Shown: positions 16,969 to 28,079 of the stretch, piece after piece | How positions within the stretch are numbered: position 1 is the stretch's first letter | How the letters are laid out: every line of letters starts with the position of its first letter | Source: a virus | Lineage: Duplodnaviria; Caudoviricetes | Reading direction: 5' to 3' (one strand) | DNA: 64,000 nt | Virus record (IMG/VR): IMGVR_UViG_3300016471_001002 | Location: 128,001-192,000 of that record | Made by a program: the position numbers and the translations under genes | Notes under the pieces: model-generated | What the model saw: the letters and a program-made list of their open reading frames with translations, nothing else | Databases searched by the model: none | What the model was told of the DNA's origin: nothing

Positions 16969-17192
16969 TGAAACCAAACTCAGGTGACATGATTCTCATC
17001 CCAAAGGGCCGGCACTTCTACGGTCCTTCCTGGAAGGTGGGAGATGACCCACCTAGATTCCAACGAGACACCATCGGGGTGTTTATCGAGGTGATGAAGA
17101 GTGATGTGTACGAAACACGAGAGTTCTGGAGGATCTTCACGGAGATGGGTCCTGGGATCATCAACTCGAAGTTCTGTGAGGCGGTGAGGTGA
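16965..17192 (+). CDS. small SH3-like protein
   Basis: SGDMILI...IGVFIEV...WRIFTEMGPG. Confidence 0.7.
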   Translation: MMKPNSGDMILIPKGRHFYGPSWKVGDDPPRFQRDTIGVFIEVMKSDVYETREFWRIFTEMGPGIINSKFCEAVR

Positions 17193-17419
17193 AGCCCGGT
17201 GATATGGTTCGTCTCAAACGAGACATGGACTTAGAAATTGACGTATATTCGCACTGGGATAAACCTGCTCCTATTTTAGAAGAATTAGGAACGGTATCTC
17301 CTGGTCGGTTGTACCTGGTCCTAGATGTGGGCCGGGATGACCTAAATCTGAAGGGTGTTAAGGTCTTTGACGGTGTCATCGCGGGATGGACCTATGAAGA
17401 GTTCATGGAAGCTGTGTGA
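17189..17419 (+). CDS. small SH3-like protein
   Basis: KPGDMVRL...KVFDGVIAGWTY. Confidence 0.75.
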   Translation: MKPGDMVRLKRDMDLEIDVYSHWDKPAPILEELGTVSPGRLYLVLDVGRDDLNLKGVKVFDGVIAGWTYEEFMEAV

Positions 17420-17435
17420 AGATCAGACGGTGACC

Positions 17436-17657
17436 ATGTACCTCCGCCCCGGTGACCTGATCTGCTACGTACCGGGAGACTCAGAGAATTCACAGCAGAT
17501 GGGCGCGACGGAAGATATTCCTTACGGAACCACAGGGGTTTTTCTGGGATTAGGATCCGGTTGGGAGAAGTTCGTGGCAGGCTGTGAACCTGTCGACGTG
17601 TTGATAGAAGGTAGGGTGATACGGCTCTACATGGATGAGGTTAGGAAAGTTGCTTAA
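17436..17657 (+). CDS. small SH3/KOW-like protein
   Basis: LRPGDLICY...TGVFLG. Confidence 0.65.
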   Translation: MYLRPGDLICYVPGDSENSQQMGATEDIPYGTTGVFLGLGSGWEKFVAGCEPVDVLIEGRVIRLYMDEVRKVA

Positions 17658-17659
17658 AC

Positions 17660-19489
17660 TTATGATAGTTTTTCGATGGAAATGAAATTATTATTATAAC
17701 TTGCTCCCACTATCAAAGTGATTTTCCATGCAATCAAATTTGAAGTATCCATCAACAACCAGGTGTCTGTCGCTCCTGAAGTTTCAAAATTATGACCTGC
17801 TTGAATATATGTTGGAGTTGTCGTAATCGAAACTGGTGATGCTTGGCTAATCGTAGCACCACCAGTTCCATTATATGAATAAACCCCGCTACCATACACA
17901 CTATAAGTTCCAGAAACTGTTGATAATTGTAGACTTCTATTACCGCTAGTGGACATTCTTGCTTTTAAATTTCCAAGAGTAACATCACTGCCGGCGTTCA
18001 CAAATCCGGATGCACTGTTAGTTCCAATTGTAATTGAACCATTTGATCCTGTCGTGACAGTGATGTTATTTCCTGCTTTAAGATATGAAGTTCCATCAGA
18101 TAATTGAGTTAAAGAACCGCTTAATCCTTGATTGAACTTGACAGATTCTGAAAATGTTGTAGCCCCTGCAACTCCGGAGCTTCCTGCTCCCGAAGATCCT
18201 GTAGTTAACAGCCTAACCGTTATGATGTCTTCCGCGTTAAGAGCCGTATTAAAATGTATGACCGTGTTTTCTGGAACTGTGTAATCTTTGTCGTTTCCTG
18301 CAACTAATAGTTGTCCGTTGATATAAACGTCGACGTCTGATTGAGGGTTATATCCGGAAATTAATCTTCCTATTGAAGAAACGTCGATATTTCCTGAAGC
18401 ATCTTGCGATGTTCCATAAAAATATCCTTTCGAATAAATTTGAGATTCTGAAGTATTAGACGATCCTGTAACGGTTGATTCAACAGTAATTGATCCATTG
18501 GATCCTGTAGTTATTCTTATGCCGCTCCCAGCGATAAGATATGACGTTCCATCAGTTAACTTCGTTAATGAACCACTAAGACCAGCAACATGCTTAGTAA
18601 CACCTGTAAAAGTTGAACCGCTGATGGTTGCAACGACTGAATCATCAATTGAAACTGTATAATTACTGCCCGGACCACCGTTTGATGCTCTTAATCCAGT
18701 TCCTACAGTAAAAACTCTTTCTGAAGACAATGATCCCGTCGCAGATAGGACGAGATATTGGGAATCAGAATCTCCGCCGCGGGCGTTTGAATTACTTACT
18801 CCGCTAGATCCTGAACTGATGACCTCTGCGGCCATCTTTCCGACATAAGCAAATGCTCTAGCAAAAGCGGGTATTTTTGTTGCGCTGTAATCTTGTAAAA
18901 ACAAGATGCCGTTGTAGTAATCTACGTTCCAGTCGACGTTGTCTAACAATGGTATTTCATCGCCAACCCCGCCTGATCCGTCATCTTTGTATATTTTTAC
19001 GATGTATGGATTCGGCGCAGTTTGCGAATAAAATGGAGGAACTAATTGTAGTTGTCCTAAAGATTCATGAACTAATTTATTGTTATTAAAAACTCCATTA
19101 CCAATCCTTGAATTGTTTGAAATAGATTGGTAATTTGAAGGAAGAACGAATTTATAAGCATGAGGACCTGCAGACTGCAAGTCTTCTCCTGTATCAGTTC
19201 CTGAACCGCCTCCGGAAACGTTAGCGTCATATGTAGTACCAGTTAACGCAGTTAATACGAACTGAATATATTCGACAGTACCATTGTCTCCAGCAGATGC
19301 GCTTTGGACGAGATATAATGTTTGAGAAGGAGAATTAGGTATCGGTTCTCCGAATATAATGCCTGTCGACGTCTGTATGTTTGACCCTATTACCTCTTCA
19401 CCATCAATTTTTAAGTTGGAGGTATGAGCCTTGCCGAGTAATTTTTTCTGCGCAAAAAGTGTGGCGCTTGTGTCTGTTTTACCGGCCAT
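17660..19489 (-). CDS. virion structural / tail-fibre-like protein
   Basis: 609 aa G/S/T-rich; SGSLTxLxDGTSYL repeats; VDVYINGQLL...DY domain. Confidence 0.65.
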   Translation of the reverse strand: MAGKTDTSATLFAQKKLLGKAHTSNLKIDGEEVIGSNIQTSTGIIFGEPIPNSPSQTLYLVQSASAGDNGTVEYIQFVLTALTGTTYDANVSGGGSGTDTGEDLQSAGPHAYKFVLPSNYQSISNNSRIGNGVFNNNKLVHESLGQLQLVPPFYSQTAPNPYIVKIYKDDGSGGVGDEIPLLDNVDWNVDYYNGILFLQDYSATKIPAFARAFAYVGKMAAEVISSGSSGVSNSNARGGDSDSQYLVLSATGSLSSERVFTVGTGLRASNGGPGSNYTVSIDDSVVATISGSTFTGVTKHVAGLSGSLTKLTDGTSYLIAGSGIRITTGSNGSITVESTVTGSSNTSESQIYSKGYFYGTSQDASGNIDVSSIGRLISGYNPQSDVDVYINGQLLVAGNDKDYTVPENTVIHFNTALNAEDIITVRLLTTGSSGAGSSGVAGATTFSESVKFNQGLSGSLTQLSDGTSYLKAGNNITVTTGSNGSITIGTNSASGFVNAGSDVTLGNLKARMSTSGNRSLQLSTVSGTYSVYGSGVYSYNGTGGATISQASPVSITTTPTYIQAGHNFETSGATDTWLLMDTSNLIAWKITLIVGASYNNNFISIEKLS

Positions 19490-19490
19490 T

Positions 19491-22400
19491 TTAACTCCAG
19501 GTTATACTAATCCTATCTAAATAGCCAGTCCAGTCTTCAGATGCTGAAATTTTTACTACGATGTATTCAGCTCCTGATATTGTACCATCTGCTGTCGCAC
19601 CATTGAATGTGCACGTATTAGTCACACCGCTGACTGTCACTGTAGAATTTAAATCTCCACTTAAACAACCATCTCCTTCATTGAAATTTCCTGAACCTGC
19701 CGACGGCTTTCCTAAATCCAACAACCCTGTTTTTCCTGGTATACCAACTTCTACGAAAACATTCTTATTTGCCCCAAGAACCGCCGCGTTTGCTCCGGTT
19801 TTTCCAACAATTGTTGCGTCTCCGAATAATGTAACTTGAACGCTGGGTCTGTCATTTACAGTGTTGTTTAAAAATCCTCTAAAATAATTTCTTGTGGAAT
19901 TTGTTAATGAACTATAGTTAACGTTTCCAGCAGGAGACTCTATTGATCCACCCTCAATATGATTCCTGAAATCTCCATCAACTCCACCATCTTTAGGCGC
20001 TAATAGATAAGTGTCATACACCAGCAATCCCGTAGCGTAGGTTGGGTTTCCAACTTGATCGTCCATGCTTATGGTAGAATCCCAAGTTTTTGTACCGCCT
20101 GTTATATCTGATTGAGCAGTATAAGATCCACTTGTGAGTCTGTACGTTTCACTCGTAAAGTATTCATCTGTATTAGCATTGCTCGTGTTTACAGGGGTCC
20201 ACACTAACATATTTGTTGTAAGCTGAGAGGACAAAGTAAGAGTAGATTTTAGAGGGTGTAAAAACACCATTGCTCCGCCACAACTATACGCTGTTGTATA
20301 ATTTCCAGGTAAAGATTTTGTTCGCGTAAAGTTTATAGTTCCGCTAACGTGTAACAATTCATTTTGGCTATCTAAGTTTGTATTCAACGTTTGAAGACTG
20401 TCTGTTGTAGCATTTGTAGTCTTCGTCGAAGATAATCCAGAACCTGACTGGATAATTTGGGCTGCAGTTGCATTTGTTAGACTTGCGAAAGAAATTGCAG
20501 TTGAGCTATTGGAATAAACGTTCTTATAAATGTTCGATATTCTAGTTCTTATGCTTCCTGATGGGGAATTAAAGAACTTAACTCCGCTCATGTATGAGAA
20601 TGAATCATCACCAAATATTGACAGTCCATTGCCGGCAGAAGAAAGAGCATTTGAATCGGGATCATTAACCCACTCGACATAATTGGTTGTTCTGTTAACG
20701 CCGTTTACTGTGTGATATACACGTAAGTAATTCCAACCAGTTCTTTGATTGGCGGGTACGACTCTGTACCTGGCAGTTCTCTGTATTTCTGAATATCTTG
20801 GGACACCATTGTCAAACAAACCTGGGCCCCACGTGCTTAAAGCGATGAAACCTGAACCATTTGCATTTAAACTTGTACCTGTTCCTGCACCTGGCGATCC
20901 GACCCCTACGAGGTTATAAGATCCGGTTAATTCGACAGCATGTATTACGCTTCCGTTTACTTCGAGACTAATGCTTCCACTGTTGGCATCTGAAAATGCG
21001 TTTGCGACGTAGTCCTGACCTGGTGACGTCACATCTTCATTTAAATCACCTTCCATGGTTGTCGCGCCGGCGAATACTGCTCTTCGAAGATTTGCACCTG
21101 ATGTTGCAACTTGATATATTGCGTTAAGATCCGCCGCAGAGAATCCTGCGTCTGTCGAAGAATTCGTGTATCCCGTTATAGATTTCGAAGAACCGAAAGA
21201 AAGTCTTGCAGTCGTCCCAGTGTTGTCAGAATCTATATTGTCTAAATCAGGGACTGGTGTTAAAGTTCCAGTACCCGCGCCGAAGTCTACAGTGATAGAA
21301 GAAACGTTACCTGTCCAAGAAGCGTCTGCTAGTATCTTTAAGACGACATACTCATTGTTGTCTACTGAAACATTTCCAAAGTTTAAATAGTTTGTAGCGT
21401 TTAAAGTACTGTCAAAACTTAGTAAGGCATTAGAAACATACGCACCGGCTCCTTCTTGCACGTTATCTAATACGAAAGGTAGCGCCACGTCCATCCAGCC
21501 CGTTTTACCAGGTATTTTAATAAAACACTTGATTCTTGACGCGTTGAACGCTGTCGCATTAGAGACTATAGTCGATGATCCATTCATCGCCAAAGACAGG
21601 TCGTATTGTGCCCCAGATGTGTTTTTAAACCATCTATAAAATGTTCTTGTGCCTGTTATACCAGAATAATTTGGATTTTCATTAGGACCTCCTGAGAATA
21701 CGGAGAAGTTACCTCCATTCACAGCGTTCTTTGGAGATACCAGAGTCGTGTTATAGAATTGTAGTCCGTCAGAGTGGCCTCCATTTGAAGAAGTCATGAA
21801 AACTTGTGAGTTCCAAACATTCGATGCATTAATGACATCGGCCTGAGCGTCATATGATCCTGATACTATTCTGTAGTTTTCTCTTCTAAATGTTTCAACT
21901 AGTTCAGTCGATGTATTCGCATAATTGTATGCTAATATTTGAGAAGTTGTTGCTTGTCCACCATTAGATAAATTTGACTTAAGAGGATGAGTAACATTGA
22001 CCCCTGCAGTTATTGACCCACTGACCAAATAATCTACGTTGATTGCTGCAGATGAAGTTATATGTAAAGATTTGGAATGATTTTCTCCTGCAGCAGTATT
22101 GATTGTCGGTTTAGCCTGGTTTGCAAAACTAAAGTTTAATCCTGAACTTGCGGCAGATGAATTGGACGTCGTAAAGCTAATTGCAGTGGTGTCATAAACG
22201 TATTTGTAAGCGTTATCAACTTTAACTTTGTAGGTTAATGTTCCGCTTTGGAAATATTCGACGCCAGAAAGATGTATGGATCCTGAACCAGTAAAGGATA
22301 ATGAGCTATTGCTTGCAGATAAAGCGTTAGCATTGTTATCGTTAACCCATTCGACATAGTTCGTTTGAACTTGTGATGATCCTTTATTGTGTATGACTTG

Positions 22401-24716
22401 AAGATAATTCCATCCGTTTCTTTGGTCTGCGGTGTGAACTAGATACTTACCTGTTCTGTGTTGGAATGGTGAAAATTCCATTCCATTAGATTGCAATGCG
22501 CTACCTGTTTGTGAGAGATTTGTAAATCCAGATCCGTTTGCGTTAAGCTGCGATTTGGTTCCAGATCCAGGAACTCCAGTTCCTGCAGAGCTAGTTGTTA
22601 AATCTATGCTGTGAATTAAAGATCCGTTGACATAAAGATTTAAAGTTCCTTGGTTTGCATTTCCAAATGCGTTTGCTACGTAGTTCGTTACACCGGTATT
22701 GTGTACGTATGATGAAACATCTTCGTTTAAATCTCCAGATACGTTCGTTGTTCCAGTATAGATTCCTTTTCTAATATTGTTTCCTGATGTAGAAGCAGAA
22801 TAAGATCCGTTAACATCAACTGCTGAAAATCCTGCAGTCGTATTGCTAGAAACGTATGCAGGAGACGAAGAAGATTGATCATTGCTAGATCCAAATGAAA
22901 GATATGCAGTCGTTCCAGCTGCTGCATCACAATCTAAATTATCTAAATCTGGAGCTGGGGAAGGTGCTAAAGACAGTAATAATTCGTTGAATCTATCAAT
23001 TGCAGTTCCTATCGGGGTAGACGGAGTGAAATCAGTAAAAATGCCGTCTGTGTACGTACCGTCTTCCGGATCTCCGATTGTTCCTGAAGATCCACCCCCA
23101 CCAGTATCTCCAGTTGAAGATATGATTATAGAACCATTTGATTGGGATGTTATTTGAATACCAGATCCGGCAACAAGATATGATGTTCCATCGGTCAGCT
23201 GAGTTAATGATCCAGAAAATCCTGAATTAGCCTCTATTACATTTCCTGATATATCAGCTGCTCTTAAATTAGAATATGAAGAAATAGGAATAGGGAGAGA
23301 TCCTGTAGCACTGTTCGTAGTCTTAGCAAATGCAAATTCTTCAGCAGAATCATCCCAAAACGCTGCGACATTTTCTCCTCCGGAAATTCCTCCAATCCAC
23401 CCTCTATCTCCCGATGTTTCCGCAATTGTTCCAGAAGAAAATCCTAATCCTATGATTGAATCTTTAATTTCTAGATTTGTCGTGTTAATTGTAGTTGTGA
23501 CGCCATCAACTATTAAATCGCCTGAAATTACTACATCGCCACCAATGATAACATCATTAGATACGCTTAACCCAGAACTGCCAGTAATCGATAAGTCATT
23601 AAACTGATTATTTGTGCCTTTTGAAAATATGCTATCTTGAACTTCTAAATTGCCTTGTACGGCTGCATCATTAGAGATTGTAATTTCGTAAAAAGATCCA
23701 GTTACTCCTGACAACGTGCTGGTCATCTTGTCATATGCAAGACCTTCACTTCCCCCGAAAGAACCTCCGTCATTAAATTGAACTTGAGTATTTGATCCTC
23801 CTGGAGAGGATACTGCTGTTGATGAAATGGTGACTGAACCATTAGACGCAGATGAAATTGTTATATTATCGCCCGCAACTAAATATGATGTTCCATCTGC
23901 AAGAGTTGTGAGAGAACCTGAAAATCCGAGGATCGATTTTAGAGTACCAGATGCTACAACATCTCCGCTAAATACTGATTTATATCCGTCGCCAGGGGAT
24001 CCTGAAACGAAAAAGAATGTGTCCGATCCTACGGTTATTGTCTCTGGATGAGGAGAGAAAACGATCGTTCCTGGTTCATTCTCAACTCTAATGTATGCAG
24101 ATGCTTGTCCTAAAGCCAAAGATCCGCTGATTCTGACGTCGCCTCCAAAAACAGCCTTAGATCCGTCTAGTATCGATCCGCTGACATAGAAGAAAACGTC
24201 TGTTCCTTTGTCACGAGGAGAATCAATTCCAGGTTCGCCTCCAGTAAAAGCTACAGCCCCTGTTGTAAATGCTGCGCCCGTCGTCGTTGAAACAAAGAAA
24301 TTATCTCCACCACCTCCTGCAGAAGAAATCTGAATAGCTCCATTAGAAGTCGTAAGAAGAGTAATGTTGCTTCCAGCTATGAGGTAGTCCGTTCCATCTG
24401 TTAATTTTGTTAATGAACCTGATATTTTGTTAGAAATTAAATTTTGTGCAGAAACTCCAGCTAACGTCGTACTACCTGTAGCGCTGAAATTGTTTATATT
24501 CAATGTTCCTGTAAACATTGAATTAATCTCATAAAGATCTAACGCTGGATTGTCTACCCAAGTACCTTCCGGATTTAACAATCTTCTTATCTGCGTTCTC
24601 AGGCTATTGAGATCATCCGTGAGGTCACGATTCGCTAATGTAAGATCGCGATTATCATCAACATCACTCCCAAATGAGGCAGTAATTTGATTTTGAAATA
24701 CCGAGGTTTTTCCCAT
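19491..24716 (-). CDS. very large tail-fibre/baseplate-like protein with ~570-aa internal duplication
   Basis: 1741 aa; PDLDN...GDLNEDV...YVANAF...TNYVEWVND module occurs twice; TATTTA-N6-ATG. Confidence 0.7.
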   Translation of the reverse strand: MGKTSVFQNQITASFGSDVDDNRDLTLANRDLTDDLNSLRTQIRRLLNPEGTWVDNPALDLYEINSMFTGTLNINNFSATGSTTLAGVSAQNLISNKISGSLTKLTDGTDYLIAGSNITLLTTSNGAIQISSAGGGGDNFFVSTTTGAAFTTGAVAFTGGEPGIDSPRDKGTDVFFYVSGSILDGSKAVFGGDVRISGSLALGQASAYIRVENEPGTIVFSPHPETITVGSDTFFFVSGSPGDGYKSVFSGDVVASGTLKSILGFSGSLTTLADGTSYLVAGDNITISSASNGSVTISSTAVSSPGGSNTQVQFNDGGSFGGSEGLAYDKMTSTLSGVTGSFYEITISNDAAVQGNLEVQDSIFSKGTNNQFNDLSITGSSGLSVSNDVIIGGDVVISGDLIVDGVTTTINTTNLEIKDSIIGLGFSSGTIAETSGDRGWIGGISGGENVAAFWDDSAEEFAFAKTTNSATGSLPIPISSYSNLRAADISGNVIEANSGFSGSLTQLTDGTSYLVAGSGIQITSQSNGSIIISSTGDTGGGGSSGTIGDPEDGTYTDGIFTDFTPSTPIGTAIDRFNELLLSLAPSPAPDLDNLDCDAAAGTTAYLSFGSSNDQSSSSPAYVSSNTTAGFSAVDVNGSYSASTSGNNIRKGIYTGTTNVSGDLNEDVSSYVHNTGVTNYVANAFGNANQGTLNLYVNGSLIHSIDLTTSSAGTGVPGSGTKSQLNANGSGFTNLSQTGSALQSNGMEFSPFQHRTGKYLVHTADQRNGWNYLQVIHNKGSSQVQTNYVEWVNDNNANALSASNSSLSFTGSGSIHLSGVEYFQSGTLTYKVKVDNAYKYVYDTTAISFTTSNSSAASSGLNFSFANQAKPTINTAAGENHSKSLHITSSAAINVDYLVSGSITAGVNVTHPLKSNLSNGGQATTSQILAYNYANTSTELVETFRRENYRIVSGSYDAQADVINASNVWNSQVFMTSSNGGHSDGLQFYNTTLVSPKNAVNGGNFSVFSGGPNENPNYSGITGTRTFYRWFKNTSGAQYDLSLAMNGSSTIVSNATAFNASRIKCFIKIPGKTGWMDVALPFVLDNVQEGAGAYVSNALLSFDSTLNATNYLNFGNVSVDNNEYVVLKILADASWTGNVSSITVDFGAGTGTLTPVPDLDNIDSDNTGTTARLSFGSSKSITGYTNSSTDAGFSAADLNAIYQVATSGANLRRAVFAGATTMEGDLNEDVTSPGQDYVANAFSDANSGSISLEVNGSVIHAVELTGSYNLVGVGSPGAGTGTSLNANGSGFIALSTWGPGLFDNGVPRYSEIQRTARYRVVPANQRTGWNYLRVYHTVNGVNRTTNYVEWVNDPDSNALSSAGNGLSIFGDDSFSYMSGVKFFNSPSGSIRTRISNIYKNVYSNSSTAISFASLTNATAAQIIQSGSGLSSTKTTNATTDSLQTLNTNLDSQNELLHVSGTINFTRTKSLPGNYTTAYSCGGAMVFLHPLKSTLTLSSQLTTNMLVWTPVNTSNANTDEYFTSETYRLTSGSYTAQSDITGGTKTWDSTISMDDQVGNPTYATGLLVYDTYLLAPKDGGVDGDFRNHIEGGSIESPAGNVNYSSLTNSTRNYFRGFLNNTVNDRPSVQVTLFGDATIVGKTGANAAVLGANKNVFVEVGIPGKTGLLDLGKPSAGSGNFNEGDGCLSGDLNSTVTVSGVTNTCTFNGATADGTISGAEYIVVKISASEDWTGYLDRISITWS

Positions 24717-24787
24717 CGAATTTAAATATACGGCTTATGAGTATATGGCAACAATGACTTTATAAACGTATTAAATAATACAAAAGA

Positions 24788-26335
24788 TCACTGATCTTCG
24801 AACCAGCCCACAGATACTGCCGCGGTGTCGATATCACTACTACCTGCCCTGACGGCCGCTACGGTTATAGTCTCTCCATTCCCCACGTAGAAGTTTTCAT
24901 CTTCGATCTTTAGAGTCACGGAAATATTCGCGCCGATGATGACTTCCTTTAAAAGCTGTGTGTTTGATCCTATCGAGACCGTCGTGGCAGCTGTATCTGT
25001 CGCGACCATAGAATGTGTTGAGTCTATGTGTTGGAAGTTGACCGGTCCTCCCAGCACCGCATTTTTATAGAGGATTATCTTTAAGATCTTACCGCTACTG
25101 GAATTACCAGTTTCGCAACCGAAAGAAGCATTGAATAGTTGTATTTCTCCGTAGTTGGATTGGTTGTTAAACACCCTGTTCACACGAAGGGTTACGACAG
25201 GAACTATCGTGCTGCTCACGCTAGACTTCGTAGCTCCTTTCGCGTACGCGACGCCGACGTTCCTTTGGACCAACCCTTCGTTGAATATCGCGGCCGAAGC
25301 GCCCTTTATTGTGACGTTAGAAGCCGAAGATCCGCTGTTGATGGCTTCCCATCTGGCGCTGGTCGCTGGGTCTCTTAGGACCAGAGTGTCTCTCACGTTC
25401 GTGTTTTGGATCTTGTGAACGTCGGTCAGGAATCCAGATTCTGGGTTTTCTATAGAGAACACTGCGTCTCCGAACCCGAGGTACTGGTAACCTACCCCAT
25501 AGACGTTACCTTTAGAGGTATTGAGCGTGGTTCTGGATGGTCCGTTTCCGTCCATCGTGTCTAGGTTCCATAGTGATTGTGTGGTGAACGTCTCGATGGG
25601 CAGCTCACCGACCTGAAGGGTCGAAGTCGTGGACACGATGGATACACCTCCCACCGTGATGCTAAAAGTTCCTCCAAATGGTCCTGGGATGTCGGATATG
25701 AAGTACACGGTACCGTCTATCGACTCTGCTTTCCACCCAGAACCTATATTCGAATAATCTTGTTGAGAGATGAGATATGATGTTTGATTGGCGTTTGTCC
25801 CGCCATTGATAGCGAAGGACGTTGACTCTCCGTTGAGGGTGACAACAACAGTGACGGCACCTTGAGCGGTGATGGAAAATGACCTGATTTCACGTTTGGA
25901 CCTGGACCTGTGTAGGATTCCAAAGTCTGTACCGTTCTTACAGAAGAAATAACCAGATTCTCTGTTTCCGATGCCGGCTAATTGTCTTGTGTCGGTTTGT
26001 CCTGGACCAAACATAGAAGTAAGTCTGCACATCACTCCTTGTCCGGCTCTGTACTTTATGTGTCGTGACAGCCTCACTGATGAAGAACCTGACACCGAAT
26101 TCCCTGAAGAACACGACATGATTCCCTCGGAGACGGAGACCGAAGCCCCGATTCCGTTTGAGGATGTGACCCACAGTAACTTGTGCGGGGCCGTTCCGCG
26201 GGCAAAAGTGGCTTGAGCGGCAGGAGTCATGTTAGAAACCAGCGTCGTTCCGAATGGACCTACGCCGTTCGCATTTGAACCATTGGAACCACCACCGCCT
26301 GCTGTTCTTTTACCTAAAGACGTAAATCCTGACAT
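24788..26335 (-). CDS. putative virion structural protein (beta-rich)
   Basis: 515 aa, adjacent to fibre genes, TACTTA promoter. Confidence 0.55.
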   Translation of the reverse strand: MSGFTSLGKRTAGGGGSNGSNANGVGPFGTTLVSNMTPAAQATFARGTAPHKLLWVTSSNGIGASVSVSEGIMSCSSGNSVSGSSSVRLSRHIKYRAGQGVMCRLTSMFGPGQTDTRQLAGIGNRESGYFFCKNGTDFGILHRSRSKREIRSFSITAQGAVTVVVTLNGESTSFAINGGTNANQTSYLISQQDYSNIGSGWKAESIDGTVYFISDIPGPFGGTFSITVGGVSIVSTTSTLQVGELPIETFTTQSLWNLDTMDGNGPSRTTLNTSKGNVYGVGYQYLGFGDAVFSIENPESGFLTDVHKIQNTNVRDTLVLRDPATSARWEAINSGSSASNVTIKGASAAIFNEGLVQRNVGVAYAKGATKSSVSSTIVPVVTLRVNRVFNNQSNYGEIQLFNASFGCETGNSSSGKILKIILYKNAVLGGPVNFQHIDSTHSMVATDTAATTVSIGSNTQLLKEVIIGANISVTLKIEDENFYVGNGETITVAAVRAGSSDIDTAAVSVGWFEDQ

Positions 26336-26399
26336 TTAATCCTCGATATTTGATAAGTATTGTAGAACTTATTTACTTTTAAAAGTATATTTAATTACG

Positions 26400-26798
26400 A
26401 TGTCTATCAATTGGCCTGCAAACGGAGAATACGCATCACCTGCGTATCAGATATCCGCATTACCTTACCTATCTTCCTCGCTCATCTCGCAGGGCCAGGT
26501 TCACAAGTATGAATTTCCTTATGTCACGAAGTTCATCAACATCGTCAACAGAGGTTCAGTAGCGACGGACAAGATAACGTTGGCCTTCACGGAAAGAGGT
26601 TTGCAGTCTTCGGTTGGGAATTATATAACTCTTGATCAAGGAGACACGGTCCATGAAGAAATCAGAACCACTGTTCTTTTCATTTCGTGTTCGCAAGGTT
26701 CTTCTGTAGATTATCAAGTTTTTTGTGGTTTGACGAATATCCCGGCGAAAAATTTCTTGATCCTTACCGGATCTAACGGTCATCCTGGCGTAGGTTAG
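26400..26798 (+). CDS. conserved phage structural-type hypothetical protein
   Basis: PAYQISALPYLSSS motif; TATTTA-N6-ATG. Confidence 0.6.
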   Translation: MSINWPANGEYASPAYQISALPYLSSSLISQGQVHKYEFPYVTKFINIVNRGSVATDKITLAFTERGLQSSVGNYITLDQGDTVHEEIRTTVLFISCSQGSSVDYQVFCGLTNIPAKNFLILTGSNGHPGVG

Positions 26799-26827
26799 TG
26801 AAAACCTCGCGTTTTTTGTTGTATGAT
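26799..26827 (+). promoter_or_regulatory. early-type promoter
   Basis: TGAAAA-N17-TATGAT. Confidence 0.6.
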
Positions 26828-26838
26828 ACAATGATAGG

Positions 26839-27162
26839 GTGTCTTGCAAGAAACTAAAGAAGGGTCGACCAAAGAGATTTCGCAAAGGAAATCTTGTTAA
26901 GTTGTCGATTCCGAAGCTGTCGTTGTGTAGGGATATGACTTCAATTTCTATGTGGAATAAACATCCTGAGTTTGATCATGAAATCAACTCTTATACGTGG
27001 AAAGGATTCCCTAAGGTCATCGGCAACATGTTAAAAAACAAATTATATGTTGTGGTTTTTGTCCACAATTTCCCTCATCCTAGCAAAGATCAATATTGTT
27101 TTTTATTTGGAAACGGAGAAAAAGGGTGGGTCAACTCTCAAAACCTAGAGAAAATTTCATGA
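26839..27162 (+). CDS. SH3-like protein
   Basis: FRKGNLVKL...FLFGNGEKGWVNSQNLEKI. Confidence 0.7.
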   Translation: MSCKKLKKGRPKRFRKGNLVKLSIPKLSLCRDMTSISMWNKHPEFDHEINSYTWKGFPKVIGNMLKNKLYVVVFVHNFPHPSKDQYCFLFGNGEKGWVNSQNLEKIS

Positions 27163-27386
27163 AACCCGGAGATCTTGTAGCTGGAAAACTTCCTAAAAAA
27201 AAGTTTGGATATAATGTAACTTCGCTCGTTGGCATGTTGATCGAGATTAAACAGATTTGGAACGTGAAAGTAAGACAAGGGAAATGGGACGAGCACGTAG
27301 AAGACCGTCGGTTGTGGTCCGTCCTGACCGTCCACGGGCTGGTCGAAGAGCTAGAGTCCAGGATGGAGATCATACGTGAATCCTAG
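27159..27386 (+). CDS. small SH3/KOW-like protein
   Basis: MKPGDLVAG. Confidence 0.7.
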   Translation: MKPGDLVAGKLPKKKFGYNVTSLVGMLIEIKQIWNVKVRQGKWDEHVEDRRLWSVLTVHGLVEELESRMEIIRES

Positions 27387-27585
27387 GGTCGACAGAATGG
27401 AGGTGGGCGACCTGGTGGTCTGGAACGTGACACGGGGCTACAACTATTTTGACGATAGCTTGAGAAGAATCGGAATTCTTGTCAAAAAGATAGACGAGTT
27501 TGAGCATTGGATCTACGCCGATGTGGTGAATGAACAAGGTAAGTTCGATAGAGTAATGTTATACAAGAAGGATAATCCTCTATGA
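27376..27585 (+). CDS. small SH3/KOW-like protein
   Basis: MEVGDLVVW...IGILV. Confidence 0.65.
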   Translation: MNPRVDRMEVGDLVVWNVTRGYNYFDDSLRRIGILVKKIDEFEHWIYADVVNEQGKFDRVMLYKKDNPL

Positions 27586-27830
27586 AGCCAGGAGATATGG
27601 TAATTCTTCGTGCCGACAGGGTCGCAGTACAGCTTCTCAGTGATTCAATTGAGAACAGCACGAACGTTAGATCTGTTACTTACGGAAAGATTGGAGATTC
27701 CACATCTTTTCGTAGAGGAGATACCGGTACTGTAGTAGAGGTTAACGCAGAAAATACCGCTCGAGTGAAGATTCTATATAAATCTTCGATGTGGTGGGGA
27801 AACGTTTCTGATCTATTAGTTATAAGTTAG
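27582..27830 (+). CDS. small SH3-like protein
   Basis: MKPGDMVIL...GDTGTVVEV...VKILY. Confidence 0.7.
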   Translation: MKPGDMVILRADRVAVQLLSDSIENSTNVRSVTYGKIGDSTSFRRGDTGTVVEVNAENTARVKILYKSSMWWGNVSDLLVIS

Positions 27831-27839
27831 AACTGTGAC

Positions 27840-28079
27840 ATGAGCTGTGACATGAGTTGGGATTATAGAGTTTTTAAAAAGAAAATTGGTAATGACTTTG
27901 TTTATGAAGTTCACGAAGTTTATTACAACCTAGACGGTAGCATCAGGTCGTGGACAGAAAATCCAATTAATCCTACCGGTGGAACCTCCGAAGAATTAAA
28001 AAAAGATTTTTATAGGCAGCTGGATGCCTTTGATAAGCCGATTTTAGATTACGATCAGCTACCTTTGAGGCGTTCGTGA
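27840..28079 (+). CDS. conserved phage hypothetical protein
   Basis: WDYRV...EVHEVYY...WTENP. Confidence 0.65.
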   Translation: MSCDMSWDYRVFKKKIGNDFVYEVHEVYYNLDGSIRSWTENPINPTGGTSEELKKDFYRQLDAFDKPILDYDQLPLRRS